DNA of 64,000 nucleotides from Calditrichia bacterium. Lineage in GTDB: Bacteria > Calditrichota > Calditrichia > RBG-13-44-9 > J075. The stretch lies in assembly GCA_050633245.1 (NCBI GenBank), contig JBOEGD010000002.1:87006-151005 (forward strand), written 5' to 3'. The notes beneath the pieces are model-generated. The model saw only the letters and a program-made list of their open reading frames with translations. It ran no database searches and was not told where the DNA came from. The position numbers and the translations under genes are program-made. Of this stretch, positions 58,410-64,000 are shown in pieces. The stretch's first letter is position 1. Each line of letters begins with the position of its first letter.

Positions 58410-59419
58410 TCGTCTTCTCCTGATGTATTTTTATTATGTTCATCATATGCTAAAATTATATCGCGGACTAATCGGTGTCGCACGACATCGGCGCGATCGA
58501 GGTGAATAAATTCGATGCCGTCAATATTGCGCAGGATATCCAGGATCTCAATTAACCCGGACACCATTCTTGGAGGAAGGTCAATTTGGGTGGCGTCACC
58601 AGTAACGATAGCTTTGGAATTCACCCCCAAACGCGTCAGGAACATCTTCATCTGCATTGAGGTGGCGTTCTGCGATTCATCCAGAATAACAAAGGAATTG
58701 TTGATGGTGCGTCCACGCATGTACGCCAGCGGAATCACTTCAATAATCCCCTGTTCCATATATTTTTTCACCATTTCGCGGGGCATCATATCGCCGATAG
58801 CATCGTAGAGTGGTCTCAGATAAGGGTCGATTTTCTCTTTAAAGTCTCCCGGTAAAAAACCCAGGCTCTCCCCCGCTTCTACCGCCGGACGCGCCAAGAC
58901 AATCTTTTTAACGCGTTTTTCCTTTAATGCAGCTACAGCAAGTGCAACGGTCATATAGGTTTTACCCGTTCCGGCAGGACCAACAACTACCACAAGATCA
59001 TTTTTCCTACTGGCCTGAACAATCCGATGCTGTCCCTTGGTACGTGGTTTTACATAGCCGTTTTTTGTGAACAGGACGACTTCATCCAGTTCATTTGCTG
59101 CATTCTCGCGTTCCGAACTTCCTTCCGGTGCGCTGCCAACAACATCTGATTTTACAATGTGTATTAACGTTTCAATATCTTCGCGAATCAGCTGTCCGTT
59201 TTTATTGGCAATAAAGGTGAGTTCGCTAAGAATATTTTCTACCTGATTGGCTTCTTCCTGCGGACCACGAATTTTCAGCTGGTCTCCGCGGGCAATTAAT
59301 TGAACCGGGAAGTGACGCTCAATCAGCTTTAAAAACTGATCGCCAATACCGTAGAGCACAATCGGATCCACTTTATCGACGGTAAAAAGAATTTCAAACT
59401 GTTCTGAATCTGTATTCAT
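58406..59419 (-). CDS. phoH: PhoH family ATPase (YbeZ-like)
   Basis: GPAGTGKTY, RPAVEAGESLGFLPG, PLAYMRGRT, DESQN, GD.TQIDLP, VVRHRLV. Start moved to MNTDS (SD AAGGAG). Confidence 0.93.
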   Translation of the reverse strand: MNTDSEQFEILFTVDKVDPIVLYGIGDQFLKLIERHFPVQLIARGDQLKIRGPQEEANQVENILSELTFIANKNGQLIREDIETLIHIVKSDVVGSAPEGSSERENAANELDEVVLFTKNGYVKPRTKGQHRIVQASRKNDLVVVVGPAGTGKTYMTVALAVAALKEKRVKKIVLARPAVEAGESLGFLPGDFKEKIDPYLRPLYDAIGDMMPREMVKKYMEQGIIEVIPLAYMRGRTINNSFVILDESQNATSMQMKMFLTRLGVNSKAIVTGDATQIDLPPRMVSGLIEILDILRNIDGIEFIHLDRADVVRHRLVRDIILAYDEHNKNTSGEDE

Positions 59420-59452
59420 ACGCTCCTTGAGTATTAGAACCAGCATAAACAT

Positions 59453-59486
59453 AAAAAGGCTCTTGGCAAAAGCCAAGAGCCTTTTT
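59453..59486. terminator. Intrinsic terminator after the LysM gene
   Basis: AAAAAGGCTCTTGGC-AAAA-GCCAAGAGCCTTTTT, perfect stem. Confidence 0.9.
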
Positions 59487-59510
59487 AAGAATTAAAAATG
59501 TCAGACGCGA

Positions 59511-60362
59511 TTAACGGCCGGGAATCTTCAGCAGAGTATGCGGATAAATCAGATTCGGATCGGTACCGATAAGGTCTTTATTGGCTTCATAAATCGACTG
59601 CCAGCGGAATGCACTGCCATAGCCTTTAGCGATGCTGGTTAGAGCTTCACCACGAGCAACGACATGTTCACCTATTCCAGCCTGACGAACAATACGGAAT
59701 ACCTGACGCGGATAGATTAGATCGGGATCTTTGATCTGCTCGCGGTTAGCGGTATAAATTCTCATCCAGGCATAAGGATCACCGAAGGTTTCCTGACGAC
59801 CGGCAATTTTCCAGAGGTAATCGCCACGAACAACTTCGTAACGGCCAGCTGCAGAAGGCTGTCCTTTTTGCTCAGCTTGATCGATAAGTCCCTGAATGCG
59901 CTGAATAGCAGCATACGGGTCGGGACCAAGGCTAATTTTGCTTTTCTGTAGCTCGGCGAGACGGTCTTTAAAACCCTGTAGCTCTGCGCGACGGCTATAG
60001 ATTTCTTCCGGCGAAAGTGCCAAGAAGCCTTTTACATCATTTTCAAGAGCGGTCAATTCTGCCATGTAGGCTTCGTAACCTGCTTTATCAGTGCCAAGTG
60101 CAGCATAAATGGCTTCCCATTCTGCATCAGTGGCGGCCATTGCTTCATCAATTGCGGTCTGTGCTGCTGCTTTGGCGGCATCACATTCTGCAATAGAGGC
60201 AGTGGCATCGGCAAGTTTCTTCTGCCATTTTGCTAACTCGGCAGTGTACTCTTCCATCTTCATTTCTTCATAATTATAGCTGTATTGCTGGCCAAACGCA
60301 CTTGAGGCGAATAGCAAAACCAGCAAACAGGTCGTTACGGAAAATGCTTTAAACATCATCAT
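59511..60362 (-). CDS. Secreted coiled-coil protein with two C-terminal LysM domains
   Basis: Signal peptide; helical Ala/Glu-rich N-terminal half; YEVVRGDYLWKIA...W..IY.AN...DPDLIYP twice. Confidence 0.9.
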   Translation of the reverse strand: MMMFKAFSVTTCLLVLLFASSAFGQQYSYNYEEMKMEEYTAELAKWQKKLADATASIAECDAAKAAAQTAIDEAMAATDAEWEAIYAALGTDKAGYEAYMAELTALENDVKGFLALSPEEIYSRRAELQGFKDRLAELQKSKISLGPDPYAAIQRIQGLIDQAEQKGQPSAAGRYEVVRGDYLWKIAGRQETFGDPYAWMRIYTANREQIKDPDLIYPRQVFRIVRQAGIGEHVVARGEALTSIAKGYGSAFRWQSIYEANKDLIGTDPNLIYPHTLLKIPGR

Positions 60363-60386
60363 CTGTCTCCAATTGGTTTGCTATTA

Positions 60387-60665
60387 TTATTCACCTTGCC
60401 AAGACGAAAGGCGTTCCATCATAGCAGCTTTTTCATCTTTTACGCGCTGTAGTTCAGCTTGCGTATTAGACAGCTTGCTATCCAAGGCCGATTTTTCACT
60501 ATTGCAATCTGCAACTTTTTGTTCTGCGGAGAGAGCCGCAGACCGTGCTTCTTCCATTGCGCGGATTTGATCTTCATTAGGATGACTCGTACATCCTGAT
60601 GCGAAGATCAGCGCAGCAGCGGAAACAGCCATCACTACGGTATTCATTTTTTTAGCCAAAGCCAT
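60387..60665 (-). CDS. Small coiled-coil lipoprotein (Lpp-like architecture)
   Basis: SD AGGAGG; lipobox ASGC; ~60-aa heptad coiled coil. Confidence 0.82.
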   Translation of the reverse strand: MALAKKMNTVVMAVSAAALIFASGCTSHPNEDQIRAMEEARSAALSAEQKVADCNSEKSALDSKLSNTQAELQRVKDEKAAMMERLSSWQGE

Positions 60666-60833
60666 CTCGTGGCCTCCTCTGGATTAGATTATTGGCAAAA
60701 AAATAACGAAAATAGCCCATAGTTGTCAAGGGCTAAAACGATAAATTTAGGTTATTTATAAAATTTATCGCAAATAAGGCCCAAAAACCAAGAACCGACA
60801 TTCATTATCCTTCAACCATCCTATTTAATATAC

Positions 60834-62603
60834 TTATTTCTTATCGCTGATTTTAATACCAAGCTCCTTTAACTGCTGCTCATCAGCCGGTCCGGGGGTG
60901 TTTTCCATAAGCCCTACAGCACTTGCTGTTTTCGGAAACGCAATGACGTCGCGAATGGAATTGGCATTCGCCATCAGCATAACCAACCGATCGAAACCAA
61001 AGGCCACACCGCCATGAGGCGGAGCACCATACTCAAGTGCTTCGAGAAGAAAGCCGAACTTCAGCTCAGACTCCTCTTTGCCCATTTTCAATGCGGAAAA
61101 CACCTGCTGCTGAATCTCGCGGGTATGAATACGAATACTTCCTCCGGCAATTTCATTACCGTTGTAGATTAGATCGTAGGCACGTGCCAGTACCTCACCC
61201 GGATTGCTTTCCAGAATATCCATGTGCTCCAGCTTCGGGGAGGTAAACGGATGATGGCGTGCGACGTAGCGTTCCTCATCTTCACTATATTCAAACATCG
61301 GAAAGTCGATTGTCCAATGCAAACTATGTGCAGATTCATCGATCAACTCAAGCTGCTTTGCCAGACGATTGCGCAGGAATCCGAGAAGTGTAAGCGTGGT
61401 TTCACTGGCTACATTGGCAACAACCAGAAGTAAGGCATTGTTTTTCAATCCTAACTGTTCGGTAAGCGCCTTGCGTTCTTCTTCGGTAACAAACTTGCTG
61501 ATACCGCTTTCAAACTGACCTTCCTTATACTTGATAAAGGCCAGGCCACCGGCTCCCAACGACCGCATGTACTCCGTCAGATCGTCAATTTGTTTACGCG
61601 AGAAATCGGCAGCTTCTTCCACAACCAGAGCACCAATACGTCCACCGGCATCGAGAACGCTGCGAAAAACCTTAAACTCGGTCGACTTAAATATATCGTT
61701 CAGGTGTTGAATTTCGAGACCAAAGCGAGTATCTGGCTTATCGGAGCCAAAGCGTTCCATACATTCCTTATACGTAAGACGCGGCAGCGGCATTTCCAGC
61801 TCTACATCCAGCACATCTTTAAAGAGTTGCCCCATAAAGCGTTCGACCACATCGATAATGTCTTCTTCATCTACAAATGACATTTCTACGTCAATCTGAG
61901 TGAATTCCGGTTGCCGATCGCTTCGCAGATCCTCATCGCGAAAGCACTTTACAACCTGAAAATATCGATCGAGCCCGGCCATCATCAGAATCTGCTTATA
62001 GGTTTGCGGAGACTGCGGCAGTGCAAAGAATTGACCGTGCTGAAGTCTGGCAGGAACGAGAAAGTCACGCGCACCTTCCGGCGTGCTTTTGGTAAGAATC
62101 GGCGTTTCTATTTCAAGAAAGCCTTCATCCGAGAAAAATCGTCTGCTGGCCTGAGCAATGCGATGACGATAGACCATCATATCGCGCAGGCGCTCGCGGC
62201 GAAGATCGAGATAGCGATATTTCAAGCGCAGATCTTCAGATGCCTCAACATAGTCCTTTATTTCAAACGGCGGCGTTTTACTGGAGTTTAGGATTTCCAG
62301 GTCTTCCGCATAAATTTCAACTTCACCGGTAGCCATATTGCGATTAACATTGTCACCCGGACGTGGCATAACCTTGCCGGAAATAGCAATCACAAATTCT
62401 GACCGCAGCTTCTTACTACGCTCATAGACGTCCTTTTCACTGGGCGAGAACATTACCTGAACGATGCCATAGCGATCGCGTAAATCAATAAAAAATACGC
62501 CACCAAGGTCTCGCCAGTTACTAACCCAGCCGCTGACAACAACATTTGTTTCTTTCTGTTCCAGCGTCACTTTGCCGCAATAGTGTGTGCGCTTGAGTCT
62601 CAT
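60834..62603 (-). CDS. aspS: Aspartate--tRNA ligase
   Basis: RTHYCG, FIDLRDRYG, STPEGARDF, LPQSPQ, CFRDED, HHPFT, GGSIRIH, GAPPHGG, IRDVIAFPK. Start moved to MRLKR (SD AGGAG). Confidence 0.98.
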   Translation of the reverse strand: MRLKRTHYCGKVTLEQKETNVVVSGWVSNWRDLGGVFFIDLRDRYGIVQVMFSPSEKDVYERSKKLRSEFVIAISGKVMPRPGDNVNRNMATGEVEIYAEDLEILNSSKTPPFEIKDYVEASEDLRLKYRYLDLRRERLRDMMVYRHRIAQASRRFFSDEGFLEIETPILTKSTPEGARDFLVPARLQHGQFFALPQSPQTYKQILMMAGLDRYFQVVKCFRDEDLRSDRQPEFTQIDVEMSFVDEEDIIDVVERFMGQLFKDVLDVELEMPLPRLTYKECMERFGSDKPDTRFGLEIQHLNDIFKSTEFKVFRSVLDAGGRIGALVVEEAADFSRKQIDDLTEYMRSLGAGGLAFIKYKEGQFESGISKFVTEEERKALTEQLGLKNNALLLVVANVASETTLTLLGFLRNRLAKQLELIDESAHSLHWTIDFPMFEYSEDEERYVARHHPFTSPKLEHMDILESNPGEVLARAYDLIYNGNEIAGGSIRIHTREIQQQVFSALKMGKEESELKFGFLLEALEYGAPPHGGVAFGFDRLVMLMANANSIRDVIAFPKTASAVGLMENTPGPADEQQLKELGIKISDKK

Positions 62604-62696
62604 AGAATCTCCTGAATGGAATTTTGTCTGAAGCCGCAAAATATACATGCCACAAGGCGGGCAATCAAGTGTAAAGTTCTTACGAGTAGATTTAGC

Positions 62697-62733
62697 AAAA
62701 AAAAAGAGAACCTGTTGCACAGGCTCTCTTTTT
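62697..62733. terminator. Intrinsic terminator after the TonB-like gene
   Basis: A9-GAGAACCTG-TTGCA-CAGGCTCTC-TTTTT. Confidence 0.8.
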
Positions 62734-62757
62734 ATATACCAAAGATGGAGAATTCTT

Positions 62758-63795
62758 TTAGAAAATAAAAGGCACGCGAATTTTAACCGGTCCGCCATCA
62801 TCGACAGCACCAAAGCGCCAGCGTTTAATGTTGCGAACAATACAGGATTCAAGCCTCTTATCGCCCAAGCTGGAGTTCAGAATAGTCGCTTGGTTTACGC
62901 GTCCGCGCGGTGCAATAGTGATTTCCAAATCAATACGTCCTTTAAGATTCGGGTTCACCTTAGCTCGCTGCTTGTAACAATATTCGATAGTCGCGCTTTG
63001 CTTGTTTATCGCTGCGGTAATCGTCTCGGAGTCACGCGAACCGGCACCTTGAGTGAGACGCACATTCTCGGACTTCAGATTGATCTTACCGCGACGTGAG
63101 AAGTTAGAAGAACCGCTGACGGTTTCACCGCTAATCATTCCGTCAATATTCACACCTGTCCCGTCATTACGCTGACCAGAACCTTTGGCTGCACGAGTGC
63201 GATCTCCGGGGTCTCCGGCTACGCTAATACCAGACGTTCCTTCGACAACCGCGCCGATATCACCCACGCCTCCGCCTTCCAGGTTCTGAAGCACGTCGTT
63301 ATACGCGACGTTTCCGGCTCCGGCTCCACCAGCAGACGTTGCAATAGCCAGGATACCCTGATTCGCAACTTCCTGCTGCATCTTGCGAGAGCGTTCTTCA
63401 GCAGATGCCTGTGTGCGTTTGCGTCGTTCGACCTTCTGAGTCTGAGACTCTTCAACACGCTCGCGACCTTTATCGCTTACATCGGTTTCTTCTTCCTCTT
63501 CAACGGGAGCTTCACCAGATCCCTGCTCATCCTCTGGTTCGGGCTCAGGTTCTTCCGGCATGATGATATCCGTATATACCTTCTGGATAACACGCTCTTT
63601 CAGAGCAGTAATCTGATCTTCACTGAGCTGCCAATCCTGCGAGGCAACATAGAAGCCGAATCCGTAAAAGAGCAGGAAACTTAGCAAAAAAATGCTATAG
63701 TAGCGCTTGTCGAACGATTCGAACAGATTCCTCTCGAACTCTTTCGGGAATCCGGCCAGTCGAAAGCCACCGGCACCTGGACGTTTTACATTCAT
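62758..63795 (-). CDS. TonB-like protein with AgmX/PglI-type C-terminal domain (GltG-like)
   Basis: Single TM, EPEPEPE spacer, helical segment, Gly-rich linker, C-terminal IEYCY....NPNLKG.I...G.V...SSL...LESCI...WRF...PFIF. Confidence 0.85.
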   Translation of the reverse strand: MNVKRPGAGGFRLAGFPKEFERNLFESFDKRYYSIFLLSFLLFYGFGFYVASQDWQLSEDQITALKERVIQKVYTDIIMPEEPEPEPEDEQGSGEAPVEEEEETDVSDKGRERVEESQTQKVERRKRTQASAEERSRKMQQEVANQGILAIATSAGGAGAGNVAYNDVLQNLEGGGVGDIGAVVEGTSGISVAGDPGDRTRAAKGSGQRNDGTGVNIDGMISGETVSGSSNFSRRGKINLKSENVRLTQGAGSRDSETITAAINKQSATIEYCYKQRAKVNPNLKGRIDLEITIAPRGRVNQATILNSSLGDKRLESCIVRNIKRWRFGAVDDGGPVKIRVPFIF

Positions 63796-63838
63796 TTAAT
63801 TTTTCCTCTGACTACTGGATAAAATCCTGTTAATACGC

Positions 63839-64000
63839 TTATTTCTCTCGAATAGTCAATAAGCGTAGCTTGTTGTATTCCGACGAGCCACACGTATATA
63901 TCACCTTAAACAAGGTTTGAAAGGGTATGGTTTCATCTGCAACAACAATTACTTCATGAGTAAAGGGAATTGCGTAATTAACCTCATTTCGCTTTGCTTC
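63839..64000 (-). CDS. ExbD/TolR family protein (AglS-like), 3' end only
   Basis: Not in the ORF track. Manual translation gives ...EAKRNEVNYAIPFTHEVIVVADETIPFQTLFKVIYTCGSSEYNKLRLLTIREK*, the ExbD C-terminal AD..IPF..L.KV..T motif; lies upstream of the TonB-like gene. Confidence 0.8.
   Translation of the reverse strand, partial: EAKRNEVNYAIPFTHEVIVVADETIPFQTLFKVIYTCGSSEYNKLRLLTIREK

Noticed and set aside
62604-62852. 5' extensions in the ORF track for aspS (and likewise gatC, pgk, phoH, rhodanese, TPR lipoprotein, add)
   Set aside because: The extensions run through terminators or neighbouring genes. Downstream ATGs match the family N-termini, most with an SD.

Overview
A 64-kb chromosomal segment from a diderm, LPS-making bacterium. 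The gene content (PorV-like barrel, FlgD-Ig/T9SS-like C-terminal sorting domain, long SecA, AgmX/PglI-type TonB protein) suggests the FCB-related Calditrichota/KSB1 area; this is inference, not a database result. Nearly all genes are on the minus strand. Most are housekeeping: ahcY; kdsB-pyrG-kdsA-kdsC-kdsD-lptC-lptA-lptB; gatC; arcC-sucC-sucD-ndk; gap-pgk-tpiA; add; secA; nusB; thiolase; phoH; aspS. The standout is a ~21-kb co-oriented locus (19072-39813) encoding, in order: a TPR protein; a small secreted protein; a 4441-aa Ig-repeat surface protein with a T9SS/FlgD-like sorting tail; a PorV-like barrel fused to TPRs; an inner-membrane protein joining an RsbW-type kinase, periplasmic sensor, HAMP, SpoIIE/PP2C phosphatase and a transposase-like tandem HTH; and a STAS anti-anti-sigma protein carrying a homologous HTH-like domain. 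No sigma factor is encoded in the window, so this may be a trans-envelope partner-switching system that acts directly on DNA. Other notable items are a secreted protein ending in a TWGxIK tail, paired heptamer tandem arrays upstream of lptC, a lipoprotein/LysM coiled-coil pair, and a small Zn-ribbon gene behind two sigma28-like promoter motifs. I found no rRNA, tRNA, CRISPR array or intact mobile element. All product calls come from reading motifs by eye; no searches were run.
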